NCBI RefSeq assembly: GCF_006345805.1
Contig: NC_043021.1
Location: 2,480,001-2,544,000, forward strand
Direction of reading: 5' to 3'
DNA: 64,000 nucleotides
Origin: Octopus sinensis
Taxonomy: Eukaryota
A program made the position numbers and the translations under genes. This document shows, one piece after another, positions 34,968-45,200 of the stretch (positions within the stretch are counted from its first letter, which is position 1; the number at the start of each line of letters is the position of its first letter). The notes beneath the pieces are model-generated. The model worked only from the letters and a program-made list of their open reading frames with translations. It searched no databases and was not told the origin of the DNA.

Positions 34968-36476
34968 CTGAAGTTGTCTGTGTATGGCAGGGTTGGTAGC
35001 CTTCAACTAACACTATCTCCTCCGAGACCCTACAATGCAAGTTGACCAAAATTGAGAGTATGATAGAAGAAGGCTTGCTCTTCCTTCCGTAGAAGAAAAG
35101 ATTCAAATCGGACCATGTTAACACCAAAAATTATTTACAGTGAAAATCCCTATTTTTTTACGATTTTTTGACTGCTGTGTCGCCATTTTTCGGTGTATTT
35201 CAACCAGAAAAATGTTCACTTAAAGAGAATAACAAGCTACATAATGCACTATTTTTACTTTTCAAAAATTCCAATTCTAAAGGGTCGAAACAAACCCGAG
35301 CAACGCCGGGCGATACTGCTAGTTTATAATAAAAGGCAAAGGCGTCGAATTTGTGCGTAAACAAAGGGCCTATCATTGGTACAAAACAGAAGGGACCACA
35401 TACTAAACGATATGCAGTATTCATCTAGTTTATAAAAAGAAATTATCATTTTTCTTAAGTGATTGCTATGATTAATTAAACCGAATTAATTAGCGTTTTA
35501 TTGTATATTTTATATTCATAAAGACAGCTCACTTGAGAATTTTTGCAGACATTCGGGGATTCCATATGTATTGAATAAATAACATTTTCTGACCCGACGA
35601 GGGGACCTGTTGTTAATAACACTAATTAAACAACCTTAATTGGCGTTTTATTGTATATTTTATATTCATAAAAACAGCTCACTTGAGAATTTTAGCAGGC
35701 ATTCGGGGATTCCATATGTATTGAATAGATAACAATTTCTGGCCCGACGAGGGGACCTGTTGTTAATAACACTAATTAAACAACCTTAATTAGCGTTTTA
35801 TTGTATATTTTATATTCATAAAAACAGCTCACTTGAGAATTTTAGCAGGCATTCGGGGATTCCATATGTATTGAATAGATAACAATTTCTGGCCCGACGA
35901 GGGGACCTGTTGTTAATAACACTAATTAAACAACCTTAATTGGCGTTTTATTGTATATTTTATATTCATAAAAACAGCTCACTTGAGAATTTTAGCAGGC
36001 ATTCGGGGATTCCATATGTATTGAATAGATAACAATTTCTGGCCCGACGAGGGGACCTGTTGTTAATAACACTAATTAAACAACCTTAATTGGCGTTTTA
36101 TTGTATATTTTATATTCATAAAAACAGCTCACTTGAGAATTTTAGCAGGCATTCGGGGATTCCATATGTATTGAATAGACAACAATTTCTGGCCCGACGA
36201 GGGGACCTGTTGTTAATAACACTAATTAAACAACCTTAATTAGCGTTTTATTGTATATTTTATAAATAACCTAACACCGAAACTTTAGACGTTTTGTAGC
36301 ATTTGGCGAATGGCACCATGTCCGTCCGTTCCTCTGTGATTCCTTCTGTTCTGCAAAAGGAAGTTGATGTTTACGTAAGAGATTGGGGCAAGTTTTACTT
36401 TATAAATATATATTAACCTGTCTTGACTCCATGTGCTGTCCAGGTTCACTTGGTCTAAGTTTTCGTCTGTAAACAT
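2514..36476 (-). CDS. WDR34: WD-repeat dynein-2 intermediate chain WDR34/DYNC2I2, 12 coding exons, 497 aa
   Basis: join(complement 36418-36476, 30585-30669, 28530-28668, 26868-26947, 24510-24562, 13066-13247, 10575-10717, 9079-9158, 8138-8328, 7458-7603, 6034-6242, 2514-2640) = 1494 nt. All introns are GT-AG and phases match. Peptides such as LAAFLKKMEPLVYKELDKNARSQAF, SYGRLDHDSWCTHK, CSPFHPHAFL and [12 protein letters not shown] match WDR34 as I recall it (human [57 protein letters not shown]). Confidence 0.95.
2825..3022. repeat. Fold-back palindrome (about 97-bp arms, tiny loop), MITE-like
   Basis: ATTATGTAACACACTCACC...CAATAGTTTG-AGAGT-CAAAACTATTG...GGTGAGTGTGTTACATAAT. Confidence 0.9.
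3467..3689. mobile_element. piggyBac-type MITE with TTAA target duplication
   Basis: TTAA|CTCTTTAGCGTTTA ... TGAATACTAAAGGG|TTAA; related pieces at about 10250-10400, 12090-12290 and 55391-55609. Confidence 0.75.
3770..4430. repeat. CA-rich degenerate microsatellite region
   Basis: (CA)n and (TA)n mosaic. Confidence 0.9.
4540..5440 (+). mobile_element. CR1/L2-type LINE reverse transcriptase fragment, antisense in WDR34 intron 11
   Basis: GVLQGSVLGPLLF...YADDIKLY...LQSDLD...W; stops and frameshifts downstream. Confidence 0.9.
5610..7310 (+). mobile_element. Cluster of three family B copies (about 5610-5935, 6620-6900, 6950-7310) around WDR34 exon 11
   Basis: Each has GGCACGTAAAAAGCAC modules, GGTTGGC..TAGGAAGGGCATCCAGC and a (GAT)n tail. 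Confidence 0.85.
6034..6242 (-). CDS. WDR34: WDR34 exon 11 (SEPVKVLKPDQ...SFNTQ-R)
   Basis: ccttctag acceptor; CG|GTAAGT donor; 209 nt. Confidence 0.93.
7458..7603 (-). CDS. WDR34: WDR34 exon 10 (KPMLPSPVVF...WNALQ)
   Basis: ttctttag acceptor; CAA|GTCAGT donor; 146 nt. Confidence 0.93.
8138..8328 (-). CDS. WDR34: WDR34 exon 9 (FAVTSQSLPK...GVDMD-G)
   Basis: ctgcag acceptor; G|GTAAGT donor; 191 nt. Confidence 0.93.
9079..9158 (-). CDS. WDR34: WDR34 exon 8 (LVSVSGDGKLLVW...LTQ-Q)
   Basis: ttggcag acceptor; CA|GTAAGT donor; 80 nt. Confidence 0.93.
9325..9541. repeat. Inverted repeat with 96/95-bp arms and a 26-bp spacer
   Basis: 9325-9420 is the reverse complement of 9447-9541 except for a 1-bp indel. 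Confidence 0.93.
10575..10717 (-). CDS. WDR34: WDR34 exon 7 (EIMLWDF...SKTYK)
   Basis: ttttgcag acceptor; AAG|GTAAAC donor; 143 nt. Confidence 0.95.
10862..11470 (-). mobile_element. CR1-type LINE 3' fragment with (TTAAC)n-like tail
   Basis: LYVTLVRPILEYG...LERVQKLATRMV...SYEERLKTLNIYSLEKRRCRGDLI...FSVRVVDPWNKLP. Confidence 0.9.
12371..12754 (+). mobile_element. SINE family C (tRNA head: A box TGGCCCAGTGG, B box GGTTTCGATTCC), inserted in a (TAT)n tract
   Basis: A second, near-identical copy lies at 59583-59965. Confidence 0.85.
13066..13247 (-). CDS. WDR34: WDR34 exon 6 (YGRLDHDSWCTHK...CAGNFN-G)
   Basis: CCCCTTAACttgatcctag acceptor with U12 branch site; G|GTAAGT donor; 182 nt. Confidence 0.95.
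13340..14030 (+). mobile_element. Older, decayed RTE LINE 3' fragment with a degenerate copy of the (GAT)n-tailed 3' UTR
   Basis: Translates to LVTKGLSLGVKDRLYDACV...LHGNETW...WYGHVMHM, homologous to 49804-50300. Confidence 0.85.
14922..15195 (-). mobile_element. R4/Dong-like non-LTR retrotransposon C-terminal (restriction-like endonuclease) fragment
   Basis: EKVDKYGDLRIEIVKM...VPVVIGAVGSIP...KHLETL...LHKSALPGTACIL. Confidence 0.7.
15230..15645 (+). mobile_element. SINE family A (tRNA-like head, CORE-like CACCTTGGGCAAGTG, TA/TG linker, GAAACAAGTAAAAGAG tail), full-length
   Basis: Further copies at about 1736-2126(-), 22841-23234(-), 29387-29785(-), 32563-32976(+), 40512-40878(-), 41067-41481(+), 41690-41965(+), 42636-43036(+), 51419-51688(+), 52263-52700(+), 61038-61463(-) and 61478-61879(-). 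Confidence 0.88.
15966..16245. repeat. Polypurine (GAA/GGA)n tract
   Basis: About 280 bp of almost pure A/G. Confidence 0.95.
16834..17042. mobile_element. piggyBac-type MITE with TTAA target duplication
   Basis: TTAA|CCCTTTTGTAACCA ... TGGTATGAAAAGAG|TTAA. Confidence 0.75.
18070..20775. repeat. Compound minisatellite: 34-bp unit (about 18070-18985) switching to a 24-bp unit (about 18990-20775)
   Basis: GACACTG(C/G)ACTGACACTAC(G/A)TGGCACTCTTACAT, then CACTGCACTGGCACTCTTA(C/T)(G/A)TG(G/A). Confidence 0.97.
20893..21123 (+). mobile_element. SINE family M (tRNA head; GTCGACTTTGCCTTTCATCCTTTCGGGGTCGATA body resembling the MetaSINE domain) with a 13-bp TSD
   Basis: TSD GGTTCAATTTCAA at 20880-20892 and 21124-21136. 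Other copies at about 14052-14270(+), 17270-17452(-), 25607-25821(-), 31885-32118(+), 52965-53377(-, tandem), 53781-54017(-) and 63780-64000. Confidence 0.85.
22021..22450 (+). mobile_element. 5'-truncated copy of the RTE 3' UTR ('family B'), same subfamily as 49228-49725
   Basis: Near-identical to the reverse complement of 49240-49725; ends CATGGAAAGCAGACGTTAAACGATGATGATG. Confidence 0.88.
24510..24562 (-). CDS. WDR34: WDR34 exon 5 (CQVTGLSWNSSGSVIAA-S)
   Basis: cttttcag acceptor; U12-type donor TC|GTATCCTTT; 53 nt. Confidence 0.93.
26101..26236 (-). ncRNA. U1: U1 snRNA-derived sequence (5'-degenerate variant or pseudogene) in WDR34 intron 4, sense orientation
   Basis: Minus strand reads AAGGTGGTTCTCCCAGAGTGAGGCCCTTCCATTGCACTACGG...GCGATCGCCCCAACCGTGGGCGACTCG...GGGGGTCTGCGTTCGCGCTCACCCCG. 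U1A loop ATTGCAC, SL3 and the SL4 UUCG tetraloop are present; ATACTTACCTGG and a canonical Sm site are absent. Confidence 0.9.
26868..26947 (-). CDS. WDR34: WDR34 exon 4 (YQVSWQDE...DAVRGQ)
   Basis: ttgcag acceptor; CAG|GTAAGC donor; 80 nt. Confidence 0.9.
27015..27800 (+). mobile_element. Family B copy with an internal 66-bp x8 tandem expansion
   Basis: Array about 27020-27570 runs directly into the family B core and (GAT)n tail. Confidence 0.88.
28530..28668 (-). CDS. WDR34: WDR34 exon 3 (SQTT...NARSQAFQ-G)
   Basis: gtacag acceptor; G|GTTAGT donor; 139 nt. Confidence 0.92.
29387..29785 (-). mobile_element. SINE family A copy
   Basis: Full-length, minus strand. Confidence 0.85.
30585..30669 (-). 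CDS. WDR34: WDR34 exon 2 (DCVDAGNQTKPLSVEDSASQSNLKVESG)
   Basis: tttttctag acceptor; GGG|GTAACG donor; 85 nt, phase 2 to 0. Confidence 0.85.
31885..32118 (+). mobile_element. SINE family M copy
   Basis: Flanked by a GGTAT(T/C)GGCCAGGT duplication. Confidence 0.85.
32563..32976 (+). mobile_element. SINE family A copy with a 38-bp 3' extension
   Basis: Full-length; extension shared with 52651-52688. Confidence 0.85.
33122..33300 (+). mobile_element. RTE LINE extreme 3' ORF fragment
   Basis: KTWDELVKHNLRTLGLTEAMTSDRDLWKYAVREKTRQ, nearly identical to the end of the 49804 ORF. Confidence 0.88.
34703..34867. repeat. Perfect 52-bp inverted repeat with a 61-bp spacer, MITE-like, in TA context
   Basis: 34703-34754 is the exact reverse complement of 34816-34867. 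Confidence 0.93.
34930..35322 (+). mobile_element. Non-autonomous Helitron-like element
   Basis: (TA)n-AAAGCTGAAGTTGTCTGTG start; 3' hairpin CCCGAGCAACGCCGGG at 35295-35310; CTAG at 35319-35322 followed by T. Confidence 0.7.
35491..36263. repeat. 150-bp tandem repeat, 5 full units plus a partial
   Basis: T(A/G)GCGTTTTATTGTATATT recurs at 35491, 35641, 35791, 35941, 36091 and 36241. Confidence 0.97.
36418..36476 (-). CDS. WDR34: WDR34 exon 1 (MFTDENLDQVNLDSTWSQD-R)
   Basis: gccATG start; donor AG|GTTAAT; phase 2 matches exon 2. Confidence 0.85.
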
Positions 36477-37323
<847 letters not shown>

Positions 37324-37407
37324 ATGGAGGACATCCAAGCACGTGTTCAGAATGCTGTGAATTCTATGATCACACAATTAGATCAAGAATGCCTTAGAAA
37401 GATGCAG
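37324..37407 (+). CDS. FAM136A: FAM136A exon 1
   Basis: gagATGG start in strong Kozak context; CAG|GTATTG donor. Confidence 0.92.
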
Positions 37408-37626
37408 GTATTGTTTGTTCTTTATGGATTTTGTGATATAAATGCGGAAAATCGAAACATTTTTAGTTGAATGAATAAATGAAAAAATATATAGAGAGAG
37501 ATAGAGATGAAACGAAAAGAGGAATTCTGAATATTTGGAATTTAAACCATTCTTTTAATAGAGATTTCTTGTAATTTATAAATAATTATAGAATTTATAG
37601 ATGGTTCGTTCGGTTGAGTGAACGTG

Positions 37627-37668
<42 letters not shown>

Positions 37669-37814
37669 GTGTAGGAAGAAATGGAGCTGAACGATTTTAT
37701 GCCCCATGGTCGTAACTTCAACCGTGCTTTTTCTGTTGTGATTTTCGCTACCCAGGTATCGGTTATCATTTGAATTATCCTTAATAAGATAATTCATTTA
37801 TCTACTTCAATAAT

Positions 37815-37884
<70 letters not shown>

Positions 37885-38983
37885 CGTAAGAATGTTCATA
37901 ATTATGACCCGACACCGCCAACTTTATTTCCTCATAACTTTCGGTAAAATGAGTATTTTGTAATGGATTTTTCTATAAATACCTGTTAGGTGTTGTAGAT
38001 GACGATTACACAATGCGATGAAGAAGTATGCATCTATAATGAGATGGTGGGATTTAATTCTCGCAGTCGGGGATACAACTATACCGTGTTTTGTTAATTA
38101 GTTTTCGTATTTATTGAGTTTGTAAGTTGTATTTGGGGGGGAAAAATAATTAAAGCCTTTTGTTAAAAGTGTAAAAATCAATATTATTGATTTATCTCAC
38201 ACCGACTGACATAAGCGCTCGCATTTTGTGGGAAGGTGTGACACTGTATTTTAATCGACCCCTACGAAGGGGTGAAAGACAAGGTCAACGACGCCGGCGG
38301 GATCAGACATTAATTAATGAATTAATACTGGATTTTTAACGTAGGTACTTGTGGTTGTAAATTATTGTCAAACCCCCCACACACACTTGGGAAGGAAAAA
38401 TTAAGTCAACCTCGCCGGAATCACTCATTAAATGCATGGATTCTTAACAAAGGCACAGCTCCTAATTATCCTTTCTACGATAGGCACAAAACCTGAAATT
38501 TGTGGGGAAGGGGGCTACTCGATTATATCGACCCCGAAAGGATAAAAGGCAAAGTCGACCTGGAAAAGACTTCCTTTCGATTCTACCAACTTGTAAGTAA
38601 TTATCAACCCCCAGGGGGAAAAAAACGTCCGACTTGGGTGTGACCTGTAACTTCTTACCGGCTGTACGACCGATTCTGTCAATTATCAGTTATATAAGGA
38701 TGCGTTCGATAAGAAAGTATTTAAATTGTCGCAATTAGAATGCTAATATGGCATTTTCCTGTTTGGGATCTTTTCGGTTTGACCGGCAGTTTTTTAAAAT
38801 AATTTCCACGTAACTAAACACTTTTAAACTTCGTATACTGGTAGAATGTGTTTATAAAACATCTTGGGTGTGCCATTGGAACAGGAGCCAGTCAGGGGGT
38901 ACTGGCCACAGCTGCAATTTTGGTTTTACTTGACTCAACAGGTCTTCTCAAGCATATCATATGACCCGATATATATATCTATA

Positions 38984-39054
<71 letters not shown>

Positions 39055-42000
39055 TTGTTAGCTCCAGCTCATATCTGAACTTTGGTTCGTCAGTATCCAT
39101 CCAGTTTCCTCACCTGATATTTGTGCCAAAAATGACTTTGGAGTCCAAGTCGGTGGTGAAAGAGTCATGGGCAGCACGGGATGGTCAGTGCAGGTCAAGG
39201 ATGTTGAAAATGCTCCTGTCTTCTTCTGCAGTTTTCCTCCTCATTCTCTTGTCTGTTCTGTTTGAAGGAGCTGGTTCCATTGCAGATGGCAGTCCTCCAG
39301 GCTGTCCTTATCCATGGCTATCTGTTCCCATGAGGATGGCTGGATGTTAGCTTGAGTCAAGGTCTGTTTGAGCTGGTCTTTACAACAGAATTTCGGACCT
39401 CCTCTGGGTCTTGTCCCAGTTGCAAGTTCTCCGTAAAGCATGATCCTTGGGAGACAAGAGGGCTCCATACGCTGGACGTGACCCGCCCAGCGGAGACAAT
39501 GGCGAAAAAATGGTGGCTTCGACACTTGGTAGTGAAGTGCGGCAAAGAACCTTGTTGTTGGTAACATGATCTTCCCATTGTATGTTGAGGATCTGTTGTA
39601 GTATGTGTACATACATATATACATGTATGTAGGTATACATACATGTATGTATGTATATATACATATATATATATGTGTGTGTGTATATATATATACATAC
39701 ATATATATATATATGCATGTATGTACACACACATGCACATGTATACATGCATATATGTATGTGTGTGTGTACATACATGCATATATATATATATATATGT
39801 TTGTGTGTGTGTGATTATATGGGTTTGGTCATGCAAACAGGAAAATGAGATGTCAAAATATGAGTCTACGTGTATTTATTAATATTCAGCAGAAGCTACC
39901 GAGTGACTCAAGGGCCAAGAGTTTCGTGTGTGCCAGTGTATGAAACTCTCAGCACTTGAGTCACTCAGTAGCTTCTGCTGAATGCTAACAATAAAAATAT
40001 ATATCATCATCATCATCATCGTTTAACGTCCGTTTTCCGTGCTAGCACGGGTTGGACAGTTTGACCGGGGTCTGGGAAGCCAGAAGGCTGCACCAGTCTC
40101 CAATCTGAACTGGCAGTATTTCTACTGCTGGATGCCCTTCCTAACACCAACCACTCTGTGATTGTAGTGGGTGCTTTTTACGTGCCACCGGAGGCTGATA
40201 GCAGCTACGATCGGTTGGTGCTTTTTATGTGCCACCGGCACAGAGGCCAGTCAAGGCGGCACTGGCATCAGCCACGTTCGGATGGTGCTTTTTACGTGCA
40301 CCGACACAGGTATCACAACTACAATTTCCATTTGATATTTATTTTGATGTTGATGTATATATATATGTGTGTGTGTGGTTCCAGGTTCAGATATATATAT
40401 ATGTAGATAGATAAATATACACATATATATATATATACACACACATATACACAATACATATATTTATATATATGTGTATATATAGATATAGATAGATATG
40501 TATATATTCTTTTATTTTTTTCAGTCATTTGATTGCAGCCATGCTGGAGCACCAGCTTTAGTCAAACAAATCAACCCTAGAACTTATTCTTTGTAAGCCT
40601 AGTATTTATTCTATTGCGCCAACATAAACACACCAGCATCGGTTGTCAAGCAATGCTAGGGGGACAAACAAAGACACACAAACACACACACATATATATA
40701 TATATATACATATATACGACGGGCTTCTTTCAGTTTCTGTCAACCAAATCCACTCACAAGGCATTGGTCGGCCCGAGGCTATAGCAGAAGACACTTGCCC
40801 AAGATGCCACGCAGTGGGATTGAACCAGGAACTATGTGGTTGGTAAGCAAGCTACACACTACACAACCACTCCTGTGCCTATATAATATAATTAAGATTC
40901 AGTTAAATTAGGTCCTTAAATTGAGGCACCTTGCCACTTTGGTATAGTCTACACAGCTCCAAGTCAGGTGAACAGAATGTAAATAAGTAACAGCCATATT
41001 GTATTCATATCTGTACCTCCTTGTTACTTATTTATATTCTATATATATATACACACACACATATATAGGCGCAGGAGTGGCTGTGTGGTAAGTAGCTTGT
41101 TTACCAACCACATGGTTCCGGGTTCAGTCCCACTGCGTGGCACCTTGGGCAAGTGTCTTCTACTATAGCCTCGGGCCGACCAATGCCTTGTGAGTGGATT
41201 TGGTAGACGGAAACTGAAAGAAGCCCGTCGTATATATGTATATATATATATATAAGTGTGTGTGTATATGTTTGTGTGTCTGTGTTTGTCCCCCTAGCAT
41301 TGCTTGACAACCGATGCTGGTGTGTTTATGTCCCTGTTACTTAGCGGTTTCGTAAAAAAGACCGATAGAATAAGTACTGGGCTTACAAAAGAATAAGTCC
41401 CGGGGTCGAATTGCTCGACTAAAGGCGGTGCTCCAGCATGGCCGCAGTCATATGACTGAAACAAATAAAAGAGAAAAAGAGTATATATATATATCATCAT
41501 CATCATCATTATTTCACATCTGCCTTCCACACTAGCTTGGGTAGGCTGGTTTGATACACATGCTAGTATGGAAGGCCTGCACCGGACTTCTGTGACTGTT
41601 TTGGCGGGATTTTTACAGATGCCTGCCCTTCCTAACACCAACCACTCAGTAGAGATATGGCCCTCACCCATTTCTGATTATTATCTACCAATGCCTTGTG
41701 AGTGGATTTGGTAGACGGAAACTGAAAGAAGCCTGTCCTATATATATATATGTATGTGAGTGTGTCTGTGTTTGTCCCCCTAGCATTGCTTGACAACCGA
41801 TGCTGGTGTGTTTACCACCCCATCACTTAGTGGTTCGGCAAAAGAGACCGATAGAATAAGTACTAGGCTTACAAAGAATAAGCCCCGGGGTCGTTTTGCT
41901 CGACTAAAGGCGGTGCTCCAGCATGGCTGCAGTCAAATGACTGAAACATGTAAAAGAGTAAAGAGTATATATATGTGTGTGTGTATGTATGTATGTATAT

Positions 42001-42181
42001 ATATGTGTGTGTGCATATATGTATGTATTTGGTCGACTTTGCCTTTCATCCTTTCGGGGTCGATAAATTAAGTACCAGTTACACACTGGGGTCGATGTAA
42101 TCGACTTAATCCCTTTGTCTGTCCTTGGTTGTCCCCTCTGTGTTTAGCCCCTTGTGGGTAGTAAAAAGAAATATATGTATG

Positions 42182-42221
<40 letters not shown>

Positions 42222-45200
42222 TGTATGTATGTATATATATATGTGCGTGTATATATATATATATATATGTGTGTATATATATATGTGTGTGTAATGTCAC
42301 ATTGCTTTCAAAAACAGAAAGCTGTTCACAGGTTTTGTGTGTTTAACAAGAAGTAGATTTGCAAGATCAACAAATGTTTATTGTTTTGTTCCTGCTGAAG
42401 AGGAAACATGACTGGAAGTTTTCAGAGAATTGCAATTTCTGAGAAAAAGAAGATTAGATAAAAAAAAAAATTTAAAAAAAAAAAGGTTTTGTAGAAGGTC
42501 ACAGGAATGAGTTCGATGTGATAATAATCAGAAATGGGTGAGGGCCTGTATCTGGGTGGCTGGCTGGTGATTGCTATCTTGTTCCAGTTTGATTTAATGC
42601 TTTTAAAAGTGGAGTACTTTTGCTGACAAAAGTATGCGCAGGAGTGGCTGTGTGGTAAGTAGCTTGCTAACCAACCACATGGTTCCAGGTTCAGTCCCAC
42701 TGCGTGGCATCTTGGGCAAGTGTCTTCTGCTATAGCCCAGGGCCGACCAATGCCTTGTGAGTGGATTTGGTAGATGGAAACTGAAAGAACCCTGTCGTAT
42801 ATATGTATATATATATATGTGTGTGTGTTTGTGTGTCTGTGTTTGTTCCCCTAGCATTGCTTGACAACCGATGCTGGTGTGTTTACGTCCCCATCACTTA
42901 GCGGTTCGGCAAAAAGAGACCGATAGAATAAGTACTGGGCTTACAAAAAGAATAAGTCCCGGGGTCGAGTTGCTCGACTAAAGGCGGTGCTCCAGCATGG
43001 CCGCAGTCAAATGACTGAAACAAGTAAAAGAGAGAGAAAGAGATGTGGAACTAGTGGGAGTTCTGGGCAATTCAAGGTACTATGGGGTGGGGGGGGTCTG
43101 ATGTCATGTTGTGGGGTCAGTATTTTATTCAGGTGTGGCTGTGTGGTAAGAAGTTTGCTTCCCACCCACCCCACGCGTTTTCAGGTTCAATCTTGTTGTG
43201 TGACATCTTGGGCAAATATCTTCTACTATATATGGTCCCCTCCCCCCCCGACGGGCCAACCGAAGCCTTCAAAATGGATTTAGTTGATGGAAACAGAAAG
43301 AAGCCCATCGTATGGATGCGTTTGTGTGTGTGTGTGTGTCAGTGTCTCCTTGTTGTGATATCACATGATGGTTGTAAACGAGCATCCCTGTCGTATAAAC
43401 GGTGTTTTGTTTCCGATCTTCCATGGAAAGACACGACACTGACTATTGGAAAAATTGACTTCTTTGGAAACAGGGGAGCATCCAGCCATAGAAAAATCTA
43501 TCTCAATAAACTTCTTCCGACCCATACAAGCATGGAAAAGCAGATGTTAAAACAATGATGATGATGGTGATGATTTTGATAGAAATAGAGGAAATGAACT
43601 GGTAACTCAAAATGGATATGACAAACGACAGAGTCAGACACCCAAAGAGGAAGTGAAGTAAAGTGAAATTCCTTCCTGAGTCATACAGACTCGTTGGGCT
43701 GGTTTCCCGGTTTCTGTGGTGTATGTATTTTCTACCTGGATGAGATGTCAGTCCCTCGCAGGATTATTCCTTTTTTGCCACTTGAGTGGACTGAAGTAAC
43801 ACGAAATGAAGTGTTTTGCTCAAGAACACAATGCGTCGCCTGGTCCAGGAGTTGAAACCACAATCTTACAATCATCAGTCCAACACCCTAACCATTGATC
43901 CACATGACTCCACTAAAGAGGAAGCGGGTCTGAAGTTTTATATTGAGGTAGCCGGTGGCACGTTAAAAGCTCCAACCGATCGTGGCCGATGCCGAACCCC
44001 CCTGGCACCTGTGCAGGTGGCACATAAAAAGCACCCACTACACTCGTGGAGTGGTTGGCATTAGGAAGGGCATCCAGCTGTAGAAACTCTGCCAGAGTAG
44101 AAACTCGAACCGTCCAACCCATGCTAGCACGGAAAACGGACGTTAAACGATGATGATGATGATGATGATGTAACAAGGGTTGTGATGAAGGAATAATCCC
44201 AGGAAAATGTTTCACATACATTTGGAAACGTTGGGTGTTTGAATTAAAAGGAACAGAATAATTCTTTGTTACCATTAATACTACTATCTTTTAGTGCCGG
44301 TGGCACGTAAAAAACACCATCCGTTCGTGGCCGTTTGCCAGCCTCGTCTGGCACGTAAAAGCACCATCCAATCGTGGCCGTTTACCAGCCTCGTCTGGCA
44401 CGTAAAAAGCACCATCCAATCGTGGCCGTTTGCCAGCCTCGTCTGGCACGTAAAAAGCACCCACTACACTCACGGAGTGGTTGGCGTTAGGAAGGGCATC
44501 CAGCCGTAGAAACACTGCCAGATCAGACTGGAGCCTGGTGCAGCCTTCTGGCTTCCCAGATCCCCGGTCGAACCGTCCAACCCATGCCAGCATGGAAAGT
44601 GGACGCTAAACGATGATGATGATGATAAACACAAGACCTGAAATTTTGTGGGATGGGTGTCTAGTCAATTACATTAACCCCAATGCGCAACTGGTATTTA
44701 TTTTATCAACCCCGATAGGAAGAAAGACTAAGTCAACCTCAGTGGAATTTGAACTCGGAACATAAAGATGGATCAAATGCTTCTAAGCTTTTTGTCCAGC
44801 ATTCTAACAGTTCTGCCAGCTTATGGCTTTCATGATAATAATAATAATAATAATAATGGTTTCAGACTCTGGCACAAGGCCAGAAATTTTGGGGAAGCGG
44901 GCTAGTCAATTACATCAACCCCAGTAAATGACTGATACTCCAATTTATCAACCCCTGAAAGGACGAAAGGCAAAGTCAACCTTGGTGGAATTTGAACTCA
45001 AAATGTATAAATGGACGAAATGCCGCTAAGCTTTTTGTCCAGAAAGATAATGAAAATGGTTTCAAATTTTGGTATAGAGCCAGAAATTCGGGCTGGTAAG
45101 CCAATTACATCAACCCCAATGCGCAACTGGTATTTAGTTTATCAACACCACAAAAGATAGACAAAGTCAGTGTTGGTGGAATTTGAGCTCACAATGTAAA

